Positions 11,761 to 24,402 of a stretch of DNA of 64,000 bases are shown one piece after another. The position numbers and the translations under genes are program-made. The notes under the pieces were generated by a model. The model saw only the letters and a program-made list of their open reading frames with translations. It was not told where the DNA came from and did no database searches. Position 1 is the first letter of the stretch, and the number at the start of each line of letters is the position of its first letter. Source of the DNA: Camelus dromedarius (Eukaryota); contig NC_087447.1 of the NCBI RefSeq assembly GCF_036321535.1, forward strand, positions 36,210,001 through 36,274,000. Reading direction: 5' to 3'.

Positions 11761-14577
11761 CAGCCTCTTCCAGGGGAAGCAGTGGGGCTGCCGTGACCTT
11801 CCACACTCCTAGCTCTGCCAAAATCCTATCTCCAGCTTTTATGATGCCAGGGTAGGTTGGAGGGCCAAGGCTGAAACAACATATGCCCTTTCCAGGAAAG
11901 ATGCTGGGGGTAGAGGTGGGTGAGGAGGGTCCCATGACCTCCCGCAGGTGTCCTGAAGCTCCAGCCCTGGGGAGAGAGAGAAACAGCTAGGATGCCCCGC
12001 TTTGGGCGTGGTCAGGGCTAAGGGCCCCTTTTCTGGGCCACTTCTCCGGTTGCTGCAGCTGTAACTGTAAACTCTCCAGACAGAGCTTTTGGCTGTCTCG
12101 TTGGAGGCTGAGGCAGGGTCAGTGCCTTTGAGGGGCCAGGACAGGTGTGAAAAGCAGGTGCTCTTCCGCCTCTGAGACTTGTCCTCCAAGGAGCCGCAGA
12201 GCCTGGCCTCAGGGTCCCCTCAAGGAGCTGGAGGCCTCTCCACAGCCTTTCCTGGCTGAGCTGCCGAGATTCTGTCATTTCTTTAGGAGCATTCTGGTGA
12301 GTTGCTGAGAGACCAGCCCAGGGCGGGGGCAGTTTGGGGATCTCACTGAAGGAACTTTGCTCGATGACCTGATTTTTCTAAAACTTGAGGGCTTTGTGTT
12401 TTGGGTTTGGAAAAAGCTGTAGCCAGAAAGTGAGCAGGAATATGTTTCAGAGAATCAGGCTCTTCAGTCTGAGCTACCCCCCTCCCCAGGGCACAACCGG
12501 CAATGGGCTTCCTGCCAGGGTACAAGGGCGAGCTGCTGGCCGGGCTGTTCCTGGGGAGGATGGACTGGAGATGTCAGTGGTGGGAACTGAGGTGATGAAA
12601 AGAATATGAACTTCAAGGACAAGTTAGGGTTCAAGGAGTTGGCAGGTGACTGGAGTGTGAGCTTCTTCCCTGCCCTGGGCCAGCCCCCTGTGTTCCTCAG
12701 TGTCCCCATCTGTACGTTGGGGGTGACATTCTCTCATTGCAGTGTTCCTGCCCTGGGGCTTCGAGAGGCCTCAGCCTTGGGGTTGTTGTTGTTATTTATT
12801 ATTCAAGTACCTCTCCTGTGGCTGAGCAGGGGCCTGAGGGTGGAGTGTCACCTTGGGCAGCAGGGCCCGTTTCTCTGCTGGACCCTGGACCACCTGTTTG
12901 TAGTTAGCACCTCCTGCTTGCTGGGGACTGCGCCAGATGCTTCACAGGAGTTAGTCTCAGAGGCCAAGGAGCCTTCCTGCAATCCCCGGGAAAACTCTTC
13001 CCCCCTCTTGTGGACTCTGGCAGCGCTTGTCTCTGCCACTGCAGGTGTGCATGACCCCCTCCCTGCCTTCTCCTCCTGTTCTCCCCCACACCAGGGACTG
13101 GCACGATCCCCTCTCTCCTGGTTCCTGGCACCCAGGTCTCAGGAAACATTTGAGTAAACCAGGGCCGGGGGTGGGACTCTTGATCTTCAATGTCTTCTCT
13201 TCTTATTCCTGTTTCCTGGGTGCTCATGCCTTCTGCTCTGAGTGCCACACACTTGGTAGCTGTGCCGGTTTCTCCAGGACTGGCAGGACTTGAGGCTGTG
13301 ATGGCTGCAGAAGTGGGAGCGGGGCTGCCAGTGGCTGCATACAGGACAAAAGGACACAGGAGTCAGCGTCCAGGAGTGAAGGTGCCATGGGGACAGAAAG
13401 GATGTGTGGCCCAAGGTGGGCAGAGTAGTCAGTTCACAGAAAGGGGTCTGGTTGGTGGAGCCGTTGAGGGATGTGAGGGGAGTGTGTACACGTGCTGGGC
13501 CTGGACGGGAGAGTGGAGGGCTGGGTGCACAGGAGCTGGGCCATCACTCATCTTCTTGTCATCCCTTGGGCACAGTAGGTTTCAGCTCTAAGAGTCCACC
13601 AGTGTCACCTGGGCTCCTTCCACTTGGCTTGGCCTGGGTGAGCCCCATGTGAGATGCAGGCCTCTGTGGCCTCGGAGGGCCCTTCCACCCAGAAGCCACA
13701 TTTTATGGTAGAGCTGGAGCCAGGAACTGCACACTGATAAAGAAGTGTTTTCATTCTCGGGGGCGTTAATTAACACAGATTAGATTTCAACTGAGTGGGC
13801 CTTTTGTTGCAGGAGCCTGTCTAATCCAGGTAGTGTCAGTACTGCTGCGGTTTCACTGAGCCAGCTCAGGTCCATTACTCTGGTCTGTTACCACCTCGGG
13901 TGTTTAGCCCTCGTATTATTACTTACGGCCCCACTAGGTCCAGTTTTTCAAGCTTGATTTAACTGCTGGCCTGGCATCTCTCTCAGGCATCACCCTCATA
14001 GGGTGCTGAGCCTGGAAAAAGATAACCCAAGCATGTAGGCACATTTTCTTGGCCCTGTGAATTTTATTAAACACTTACAAACGTGTTTTCTTCAGTTTTC
14101 TGAGGTAATCTGTCACAAACACGATGGGCTTCAAATGTTCTTTCCAATTGTCGTGTATATGAATAATTCCATCAGTTCTGCCGCTTGGAGAAACACTGGA
14201 AAGGAATCAGACCGTGGTGGAAGGGAAGCCAGGCTGAAAGTAGGAAGGGGCACTGTGGCTGGCGGCGGGTCACCAAATATAAAGACAGGGAGCTTCTTGG
14301 TTTGGGCCCCTCAACACCATCCCCCAGCTTGACACTTCCATTCTTGCAGTGGGCACTGCTTGTGCTTCTGGGTGACAGACTTCATGATTCTTTTTCTTTT
14401 CAATGTTTCTTCTCTGTTACATCTGCTGTGTAATTAAGGAATTAGCAAAGAAAAAAATTTGTCACCCAGTATCCTTCCACCCCTAGATAATGATAATTAA
14501 AATCTTAGCATAGTACCTTCTAGATTTTTGTGGTGCATTTAAAATTATTGAGGTCTTATACTTTACACACAAAAGTT

Positions 14578-14628
14578 TTATATATATATATTATATATAT
14601 ATATATATATAATATATAATATATATAT
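14578..14628. repeat. Interrupted (TA)n tract
   Basis: Read directly; 14585-14618 is a perfect 34-bp palindrome. Confidence 0.95.
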
Positions 14629-14946
14629 GTTTTACACTTGCTAAGTAGTTATTTCTTATTATTATTATAGAAACATATAATATTGCATATTTGATTGTAG
14701 AAATTTTGAAAAATACAGAGAAAAAGCACAGAGAGGAAAAGTAAAAATTACACTAATTATTATTCCATCTAGAGAGACCACTGTTCGCATGTGTACACTG
14801 CCAGTCTCTTTTCTCAGGCACGTACACACATTCTCTCGCCACAAATTGGGGTCATGCTTATACAGACACCCTTTCTTTTCCCTTTTTACTTAAAAATATC
14901 CCATGAATGTGTGTCATTACATGACATTTTCCTTTGAGACATGATT

Positions 14947-15197
14947 TTTTAAAAAAATAATTCATTTACATGAAATTTATGTAATATTAAATTAACTAAA
15001 GTGAGCAACCCAGTGGCATTTGGTACATTCACAGTGTTGTGCAACCAGCACCTCTATCTAATTTCATAATATTTCTATCCTCCAAGGTAAAAGGTAAGCA
15101 GTTTCTCCCCATCCAGCCTCTGACAATCAACCAACCTGCATTCTATCTCTGTAGATTTATCTGTTCTGAATATTTCATGTGAATGGGATCATACACA
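14947..15197 (-). mobile_element. L1MB-like 3' fragment nested in older L1, with 10-bp TSD
   Basis: 'cagtggcatttggtacattcacagtgttgtgcaacca...ctctgtagatttatctgttctgaatatttcatgtgaatgggatcatac'; AGACATGATT at 14937-14946 and 15198-15207. Confidence 0.85.
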
Positions 15198-16104
15198 AGA
15201 CATGATTCTTAATGGCTGCATAGTGTGCTTTTGTTGATCTGTCTGAACAGGTCCTGGGTCTTCAGCGTAAGGTGCTACCATCACTGAGCTGGGATTCTGT
15301 TACACGGATATACCATAATTTATCTAATCCCTTATCTTTGGAACTGAGTTTGTTTCCAGTTTTTTAATGCCTATAAGTAATAATGTGTTGAACATCTTTG
15401 TGCCTAAACCTTTTTTTTTTTAAATATTTCAGATTGTCAATGAAACACATTCTTGAATGTCCCATGCAATTTAGTTTGAAAATAGTTGCAATGTGAACTT
15501 TTTTGGTCTCCTGGAATGAAAGATTCTCTAGCCTCTAACCTTTGGGCTCCCTGTTAATTTTTTTTTTTTTTTTTGACAGTTTTCTCTATTTCATCAGAGC
15601 CATTCCTTGGCAAGGGTGACTAACGCTGCCTTAAACCATGCAAAGTGATAATACCTCACATTACACAAAGGTAGCACTTAAACTTGCCACTTCCATTGGG
15701 ATCATCTGTGCTATTTTTGCTGAACCTTTTTGTAATTCAAGGGCAGCATAACTTTCGCAGAAACTGGTTGAACTGCTTTAGATTTTGTTGACAGGGCTGG
15801 CCAGTGCTTGTGGGACTTGTAGTAGGTAGTAGCGGTTTGCTGCTTCCTGTCTCTCATCCAGGTGCAGGAAGTCCCAGAGTAAGGCTGGCTGTGAGATGCC
15901 CTGTGTAGTGAGCTTGTAGATTAGGGCTCAGCCAGGAGCAGACTTCCGGAGAGGCTTCAGACTTCCTGCAGGATCCAAGACTGGCAGGATGTCCCTTTGT
16001 CCCTGTCACAGACCTGGATTTGATGTTACTAAAATATGAGCTACCTTTGACTCTTACTGTGGCATCATTGAAGGGTTATCAGCTGACTCTGTGGATAGAG
16101 AAAA

Positions 16105-16250
16105 AGAGCGTGCATGCCACAGAACCAGCTGATGGGAGAAACACTGAGGTGAGGTCTAATCTTTGCTGTGCTGTTAATGAGCTCTGTGACTTTGGGCAAG
16201 ACATTCTGCCCTCTGAGAATCAGGTTGTCTGTACTGTAGATGGGTGTTGA
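16105..16250 (+). mobile_element. MIR SINE
   Basis: 'gctctgtgactttgggcaagacattctgccctctgag'. Confidence 0.65.
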
Positions 16251-16361
16251 CTTCCCTGGGCATTAGTGCCCCACTTCAGAACTGCATTTGCTAGACCATC
16301 ACTGATGCCTCTTCCCTCCAAGCCTAGCACAGTGCCTGGGGCAGAGTGAGTGTTGAGCACA

Positions 16362-16363
<2 letters not shown>

Positions 16364-16443
<80 letters not shown>
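16364..16443. repeat. Compound microsatellite (CA)27(CT)13 at the tail of an L2 3' end
   Basis: Read directly; preceded by L2 motif 'cctagcacagtgcctggggcagagt'. Confidence 0.97.
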
Positions 16444-16448
<5 letters not shown>

Positions 16449-16889
16449 ACTCCTCTGAGCTGCTCCATTACGATGATAGAATGTACCTATTTTCCTGGTC
16501 TCTATAGAAGTCAACCAAAAAGGACATATTCCTACAAGTAGATCACTGGGCGTAATCCTCCCCCTACTCTGCTCTGTAAGTGGCTGTGTATGCTCTCTAA
16601 AATCTCACCTTTTCTAGATGACTGGGGTGTCTCACCATGCCTCCGTCAATTTTACATCCCTTGTATGGGCTCACTAAAGCTGCCCTCACTTGAGATGACT
16701 GGGAACAGTCCTCAAAATTCCACCCCCCTCAATTCTAGAGCTTTCTAGAGGTAGACTGCTGGCTCATGTTTGACACAGCCTGGAGGAAAAAACCTTAGAA
16801 CTCTATCTAGATCAGTAACTTTCTTTAAGCTTCATTGATTCTGAGCTTAACTATATACATTATCTCCTCTATTAGTCTGTAGACAACTG

Positions 16890-17210
16890 ACTTATTCAAT
16901 TAATTCAAATATTAGCTGTACCTCTACTGTGTGCCAGGCACTATATAGGTGCTAGTGAATCAAAGATAAGTAAATCCTGGTCCCTCAACATGTCCCAGCT
17001 CAGTGGGGATGAGCAGATACATAAACAACTGTAATGTGACAGGTGTCCTTATGTGGATTTGCGTAGGATGCAACAGTAATGCAGAAGGGAGGACAATCCA
17101 TTCCATGGGATAGGTTCATTCGGGAGCAGCAGTGAACTTGTCCTTGAAGGATGGGTAGGATGTCGCCACATGGATGAGGAGGAGAGGAGTATTCTGGGAA
17201 GAACCTTTCA
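16890..17210 (-). mobile_element. L2 LINE 3' fragment
   Basis: 'ttattcaattaattcaaatattagctgtacctctactgtgtgccaggcacta...ccttgaaggatgggtagga'. Confidence 0.8.
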
Positions 17211-19049
17211 TTCCATTCATTTGTTCAGCAAGTCTCTCCTGTTAGCCTGCCATAGTCCAGGTACCGTGGTTTGTGAGGAGTTTAGATTTTCTTTATATTC
17301 TCTAGGGTGCCTCACATAGTGCTTTGTATATAATAGTTTGGGAAATATTGGAGTAAATTTTTAAAAATCTATCTGATAGAGAAGGGAAGTAAAAATTACT
17401 CTGACATTTACAGAAACTGAATTTCAAATGAAACAATATATATGGAAATAAAGTATCAGACAACTGTAATATATATATACTTAACATTTACCTCTCTTAT
17501 TAGCTGTTTTAATTTTGTTCTCTTCCCAAGAAATTTATTTGGAGGATTTCTATGACCTTTCAAATAACTACAGCATCCTGTAATCATTAGTATTTTATTT
17601 TGTGCTCCAGTAGTGCTGGATAAGAGAACATTTATGGTGATGTTTTTATTTTATTTCATGATTATTTGTTATTGTTCAACAAAATAAATAGGTCCAGAAA
17701 TCCTACAAATTCCTCTTAACTTTTGGAGGTCCATCGTCTTTGTGGTAAGTTTGCTTCTTTAAAGCCCTGAACTTCCTTTCTGACTCCTCCATTTACTTTA
17801 GCTTCCTGTGGGTCTGAGGGGTCAATTTCTGAACTTTATATGTTTCTGTTTGGTGAGTCAACTTTCTGATCACGATAAAGGCCAAATTATTCTTTTATAA
17901 ACCTTTGTGATTTATCACATTCCCGTCTTTCCAGTTTCTCAAGGGGGAAGGGAAAGAAAAACATAAGCACCCTCTATATCTGCTTTGCATTTTCCTGCAG
18001 AGTAAGTAATAGGCTTTTCATTTATTTGAACAACAAAAGTAAAATAAAATAAACACAAACTAGAAAAACATTGGCCAATCAACCAAATGTACCTTTAGCA
18101 GGTAGTTTGAGTTGTGCCCTTAAATGCAGTACTATTTATTCAAACATTAAAAGTTAACCAGTAAAGGGCTCTGATGTAAACTTTGTCAGTGTTAAGTTCT
18201 ATTTTGGTGCAAAAATATGTAGAACATAAAATAAAATCTTGAATTTTGAACATGTGACCAAGGGTCTTAGTTTATTACTATGAAGAGCCCTGGTCCTCAC
18301 AATTTGGTTTAGCTTGTTTAATTTTTAAATTGGGGTGGTGTTCATAATTGCTCTTTTTTAATTTTATTTTTGGAACCTTTAAGCTTCTTGTAGATTAGTT
18401 CTCTAGCACTCACAAAAGAATTAAAAAAATTTTTTTCTTTGATTTCTTCATATTCATTTATTCTTATATTTATCTGATCATTTAACCAATACAAAGCATT
18501 TAGCTGATTACTGAGAAGAAGACCAAGGTTTAAGACTGTCTATGAGAATGTATAATCCAGTGGAATCTAATTTTATCATCTCCATGCCTCTACATAAGCT
18601 GTTCCCTCTGCCTGGAGTGCCCTTTCTTTGTCCCCTCTTGTGCATCTGGCAACTTAATCCTTAGCCTTCAAGGCATAATTCAAACCTCCCTGTGTTGTTC
18701 GGGGCAGTAGATCCCCATCTTTGGGCTGTAGATTCCTGAGGGGACCCTTGGAGTTATTGCAGTGGGTCAGCAAATTTCCATGGATACTAAACAGTATCTG
18801 CAGACTGAATAAACAATATGTCATTTGTCAAAAATACTGTTTTTCAAAAAAAAATTACTTTTCAGATGTATGTAGATGGCATTGTGAAAAATGAAATAAA
18901 AATTTATTTCAATATATTTAATTAGTTAAACACCTGATTGAATGCATAGTAGCTCTCTGTCCTTTTATATTTTTACAGTCAGCAAATACTAAAAGTATAA
19001 CTACTATGATGGAGGTATATGAATTTTTTAAGTTAAAAATCATTATTTT

Positions 19050-19300
19050 TGTTTTAGTTAGGGTTATCTTTAGTTACAAATGGTAGAAAACCTGACATAA
19101 CAGAGACTTAAAGAAATTTATTTCTGTTTCACACAAAAGTCTGGAGGTAGTCGTTCCAGAGCTGTTAGGTTCGCCTCAAGAAGTCTTCTGGGCCTCAGGA
19201 ACTCTAATTTTGCTCTGCTATCTGTAGTACATAGCTTTCATCTCAAAGTCCAAGATGGCTGCTTGAGCTCCAGCCATCCTATCTGTATTCCAGACAGTAG
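19050..19300 (-). mobile_element. ERVL-MaLR LTR fragment (MLT1J/L-like)
   Basis: 'aagtctggaggtag...caagatggctgcttgagctccagccatc...tattccag'. Confidence 0.7.
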
Positions 19301-20119
19301 AGGATAGGATCACCTCCCTACCCACCCCACCCCAAACACACAGAGTTGTATCTTTAGGAACATCAGGGGGAAACTCTTTATCAGGAGAAACCGGATCCCT
19401 GGAACCTTCTCCAGAGTGGGCATCTCTTCCCATCACTGGTGTGGGAGCTCTTCCTGCACTCCTTTGAGGACTACTCTGCCTTAACCTAAGATTCCAGCTG
19501 AATGGTGGTCAGGGCTGTGCCCGTTGGTTCTCCATTGTCTCACCTCACATGCTAGGGCGTGGCCTACAGCAAATGGGAAAACGCCTCTCAGCTTCTGGGA
19601 AATTGTTCTCAGTTCTCTGCTCTTTTCTCCCACCTCTATGGACCTCCTCTGCCTGCACTCATGCACTCACTCTCACATTTGCTGTCTGGTTTTCACCCTC
19701 CACTCTTTGAGATCTCCTTGGCTTCCTACTCACCAGGTCCAAAGGATATTGTCAGGCCTAATTCCCCTCACTCTTTATAGAGTTTGACTTTAGTGACCAG
19801 TCTCTCTTTCTCAAAACCTCATCTTAGTGATTGTTCTGTTGTCTCATCTTCCCTTACCCTCCTATCTCCAGTTTGGTTTCTTTCTCTCTGAATTTCTGTG
19901 GCTCATGATCTCCATATCTTGATGGCATTTGCTACTTTCTTGTACTTTGGTTTTACTTTGATGATTAATATTTATCTTTTAATTCCTGCATGCTAGACTC
20001 TCAGAGCGAGATCTGGTCCTTAATTCTCCTCTTTACTCCCCGAAGTGCCTAGGCAGTCAGACATTGGAATAAATGAATGAACAAACAGTTTGCGGGGGAT
20101 TTATTCTAAGTTAACTGCT

Positions 20120-20315
20120 CAGTGTTTCTCAAAGTGTTTTCCACAGATTGTCTGCATCAGATTCATGTGTGTATAATGAGGTATTTGTTTAAAATGCAGG
20201 TTTTAGGGCCCTGTTCAGATTGACTGAACCAGAGTCACTGGGAGTGTGGTTCTGGAACTTGCATTTTTAACCCCCCTCAGGTGATTTTATTCACACTGAA
20301 CTCAGAACTCATGGT
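20120..20315. mobile_element. MER5-type hAT-Charlie MITE
   Basis: 'cagtgtttctcaaagtgt...ttgtttaaaatgcagg...ttgcatttttaac...caggtgatt'. Confidence 0.8.
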
Positions 20316-20916
20316 TTAATGGACATTGAGCCAGTCTTATAAATGCATTTCAGCTGCTGGGCATCAAATATAATATCTTCTAAATGAGGCCCGTGAGGTG
20401 AGCAGGATCCCATCCACCCCTTCCCACCTGTAGGGGAGATGGGGCTTGGGTGGAAGGCATGGCTTTGGGAAGTGGTGAATGGGAGGGGAGCGCAAGGGAG
20501 GTGAGGGTGTTATGCTGAACCAGATGGACAGGTAAGGCTTGCTAAGTAGAGATGGGGAGAAGGTAAAGAGAAGGGGGCTTGGGGGGCTTTCTGGGAGGAG
20601 GAGCCACCATGAGCAAGGCATGGGGGTGCGAAGTCCAGGGTGTGGGAGTGACAAGGGGTTGGGGTGGGCTGGATGGAAGCACTTGAGGGGAGGCAAAGAA
20701 AGACTCAGGTTGCTAGGGCTCAAACGCCATCCTGAGGAGTGGTCACTTCTTGCCCTAAAGATGACACTGGGAGAGCGGGAGTGTGGGCATCTGTGTGGCC
20801 TGTCACCTGCAGGGCCTGCCATTCTCCCTCTGTATTGAGGATGTCCCTGGGGACTGGGGAGCAGGGGGTTTGGGGAAGGGCTTTCATGGAGAGGGCTGTG
20901 GGAAACCTGGAGCTCC

Positions 20917-20940
20917 TGTGTGTGTGTGTGTGTGTGTGTG
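20917..20940. repeat. (TG)12 microsatellite
   Basis: Read directly. Confidence 0.95.
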
Positions 20941-21065
20941 TTATATGTGTATATGAATTTGTGCAGATGCTGTGTTCTGTTTTCCTTTTTTCTCATTGCT
21001 ACAACTGCTGTCACTTTCCTGGTGTGAGAGAAATAGAGGATGAGGCAGTGTGAATCATTCAGATA

Positions 21066-21300
21066 CGTTTTCACAGGCCGCTAGCTGAGGAAACAGCAGC
21101 CTCTTCGGCGGCCACCACGGCGGCTGACAAATGCTGTGGCTCCCCAGGTCCTGCGGGGCCCAGACATCCGTATTCTTCACAGGCTCCCAGGGGAGCTTGC
21201 TGGGGCTGACGTAGATGCATTTTGGAGCCAGCTGCCCAGATAACCCAGCCACTTCGTCCTTTTACCAAGGGATTAAGCGCCTGCTAATTCCTCGGCGCGG
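21066..21300. promoter_or_regulatory. Small CpG-rich patch, candidate enhancer
   Basis: 14 CpGs counted in ~235 bp against a CpG-poor background. Confidence 0.45.
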
Positions 21301-22994
21301 ATGGGGTTTTTTAAACTTGAGAATGACTCCTTCTTCCTCCACTTTGATCAGCAGAGAGGAAAATACCTCACAGAGCAGAGAGGTGGCGGAGGGAATGTCC
21401 CCCCAGGTCTCTGTGCGGTGGGTGTGTGTTGCCAGGGCCTGAGTCTAACAGGATGCGCATTAAGACCCACACCAAGTTGGGGCCTGTCAGGAATGAGTCC
21501 TCTTTGCTGTTTTCTACAGAAATTTCACTTCAAAAACCTGATGTGCCTTCAGATACCCTGATTTGCCATTCCAATTAGGCACTGAAGTCGGGCTTTGTGG
21601 GCAGGTTTGTGGCGCCCTCTGTGCCTCCGAGTCTGTGAACCTCTTGGGAGACACTTGAAGCAAAATTCTTTGAACACATCAAAAAAAACTCAACACAAAC
21701 AAAAATCCCAGCGATTTCCAAACCTTAAAAATATTCAGTGTTCAATTTCCAAGTTCCTATCCCTCCTCACTTTAAGGCTGATGTAATCCTGCCTTGCGAT
21801 ATGAATGAAGTGGGGAAGGAGGGTTTCACGCTCAAAGGCGGGGTGGAGGAGGGTGGTGGCTCAGGGCTGGGGGCCCTGGCTGGGGTCCAGTCCTCTTCAG
21901 GCTGGCTACCCAGTGACTGGACTGTTTGAGAGAAGGCCCTGGGAGAAAGCTGGGAGGCCGCAGCCTCAGGCCGGCTGGACTGCGGCTCACGTAGGTACCA
22001 GTTCACTTTGGGAGCCAGCAGCTGAAGTGCCCTGAGGAGGAGAGTGTGGGTGGCGCCACAGAAGGTTCCTGCTGCCCCCGTGAGGAGGACTTTGGAAAGT
22101 GAGCAACTTCCTGACGGTGGAGGCTCTGGCTTCCCCGAAATGAAGAGGCTAAGGAATCCGCAGGGGAGGGAATCAGGCTGGTTCCTGTCTGTGGCTCCGT
22201 CATAAGCAGACAGGGATAGCCCTTGAGGGTGTTCCCTTAAAAACAAAACCAAATACACCTGTTACCTAAACAAGGGAGCAGAGCAGCAACGTCCTTTGAG
22301 GCCAGAATGAAAGTACGAGACTTTGTAAGATGTGGTTTCCTAATCCCGTCCCTACCGGGCCCATGGTCCAGCCTTTTCCTAGGCCCAGATCCCTGATTCT
22401 TTTGAAACTGCCTTTTAGTAAGACCTTTGCTGCATTCGGCACTGAGCCTTCTTCCCTTCAGATCTGCTATTTCTAAGGCCTCCCAACTCCACTCCCCACC
22501 CCCACATCCCCACGCAGCCTGCCACCTCCAGAGTGCCAGATACTCCTGGACCAAAGCTATTATCCTGTCCACTACTTAGAAACCTTATGGAGCTTCCATT
22601 TACTCAGCTGATAAAATCCAAGGATCTTGATCTCCCTCTTCTCCTGTCAGGCTCGTATCCATCCACCCTATACTTACTAAGTACTACAGGGCTTTGCGAA
22701 GTTCCTGGGTGGAAAGATACATATGACAGAAGGAGGAACAATCCTTAAGGGACTCTGATGCTGTTGGACCAGGCAGACAGCAGTCAAGTACAGGGGCAAG
22801 TTTGGTGAACTGTGCGATGACAGAGGAGGAGCACCTGTGTAAAGGTGAGCTGGATCTGTTAATGATGGTCATCCAGTGTTTGTCAAGGTCAGAATGCACG
22901 ATATGCTGGAAAGAAAGCTAGTGATTTTTAGTGTTAGGAGGAATAATGATAATGAAGCATTTACATTATGCAGATCTACTTCAAATTAAACTTG

Positions 22995-23160
22995 ACTAGA
23001 AGTATTAACTCTTCTGAGCCTCAGATTTCTCATCTGTAAATTGGGTAAGACGCAATAATAGCACCAACCTTATAGGATTGTTGTTAAGGATTAAATGAGA
23101 TAATGTATATTTGTGGAACATAGTAACTGTTCAGTAAATATTGGCTATTGTAATTATCAT
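22995..23160 (+). mobile_element. MIR SINE
   Basis: 'ctgagcctcagatttctcatctgtaaattggg...ggattaaatgagataatgtat'. Confidence 0.88.
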
Positions 23161-23448
23161 CAAAGTCAGAGAAGAAATTTTCTCCAGGATCCTTGGAGAG
23201 AAGTCACTGAAAATGCAGAGAAAAACATCTCCAACAGTTTGCTCAGCATGAATCCAACAAGTTTTATAAACCTGTCTGGTGTAACACACCTCAGCATAAG
23301 TGAAAGGAATAACTCCAACAGTTCATTGGTGAAAGAAATCTACCGGATAAAGAGTAACACCCTATTTTATCAAGTGTGGGTTTTGCATGTTGGTGCCCCA
23401 CCCCTACCCCCAAGGAGAGACCTTTTAATATTCTAAGGTGGTTTGGTG

Positions 23449-23625
23449 CAGTCATTCCCAAAGAGAGGCAACATCAGAATCACCTGGGAAGTGTCTTTAA
23501 AATACAGATCCTGGGGTTCTGCCTTTCTCCCCTCCCCCAAACTGCTGCAGTATATCTGGACAGGGCCTGGAAGTCTGTTTTAAATAAGTGCCTTCAGGCA
23601 ATTCTGCTTTGAGGCTCAGGGAACC
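23449..23625. mobile_element. MER5A-like MITE
   Basis: 'catcagaatcacctgggaagtgtctttaaaatacagatcctgggg...ctgttttaaataag'. Confidence 0.7.
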
Positions 23626-24100
23626 CAGGACAGAACTGGGACTCCAAGGCCAAGCCCTGGGCTTCATTTCTCCTGGTGCTGCTGCCTCTGTCTATATGGG
23701 TGAGCTCCTGGTCACTCAGGCTCTGGGAATCCCCAGGTTATCAGGCATGAGTATCTGATGAAATGATGAGTTTGAGCACTTCTGTGTGAGCTGAGTAAAT
23801 AAAGGTAAGGGATTATCATTCCTACTTACTCATTATAATACAATCCCTTTTCCCCAGTCCACTCCTTCCTAATGATTCAGTCGTAGTTACCACGGCACAA
23901 CATTTATCTTTCAAGCCTGCTGTTTGATTCAGATAGGATTTAATGTTGTAAAATAAGTAGCAAGAGCCTGTGCTTTGGCCTGAGAGCAAGTTTTGTTTGT
24001 TTTGTTTTGCTGTTAAGAAGCCCCTGATTCTGAGCTTTGGTCTATCTGTGGAGAGGAGACCATGCCAGGCATTTATGACTGGGACTCGAAAGCTTGAGGT

Positions 24101-24402
24101 CTGTGCTGTCCTAAAAGGTAGCCACTAGCCACCTGTGACTATTTAGCGCTTGAAATTTGGATTAAGATGTACTGTGAATTCGAAATACATGACAGATTTA
24201 GCAGACTTAATACTAAAGAAAAAACGTAAAATATATCAATAATAACTTCTATACTGATCACATGTTGAAATTTTGGATGTATTGAGTTAAGGTATGTTAT
24301 TACAATTAATTGTCCTTGTTTCTTTTTGTCCTTTTTAATGTGGCTACTAGAATGTTTAAAATTGCATATGTGGCTTGCAGTATATTTCATCAGACAGCGC
24401 TG
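24101..24402. mobile_element. MER33-like hAT-Charlie DNA transposon, near full length
   Basis: Termini 'ctgtgctgtcc' and 'agacagcgctg'; internal 'gtagccactagccacctgtgactattt'; flanking 8-mers CTTGAGGT/CTTTAGCT (6/8 match, decayed TSD). Confidence 0.88.

Larger units (their letters stand above)
14430..15430 (-). mobile_element. Old L1ME-like fragments hosting an (AT)n tract and a nested younger L1
   Basis: 'ccatctagagagaccactgtt', 'aatggctgcatagt', 'gtttccagttttt...ttgaacatctttgtgc'. Confidence 0.6.

Noticed and set aside
20364..21074. 236-aa Pro/Ser/Leu-rich - strand ORF
   Set aside because: Translation of the C-rich complement of a G tract plus a (CA)n repeat; no domain
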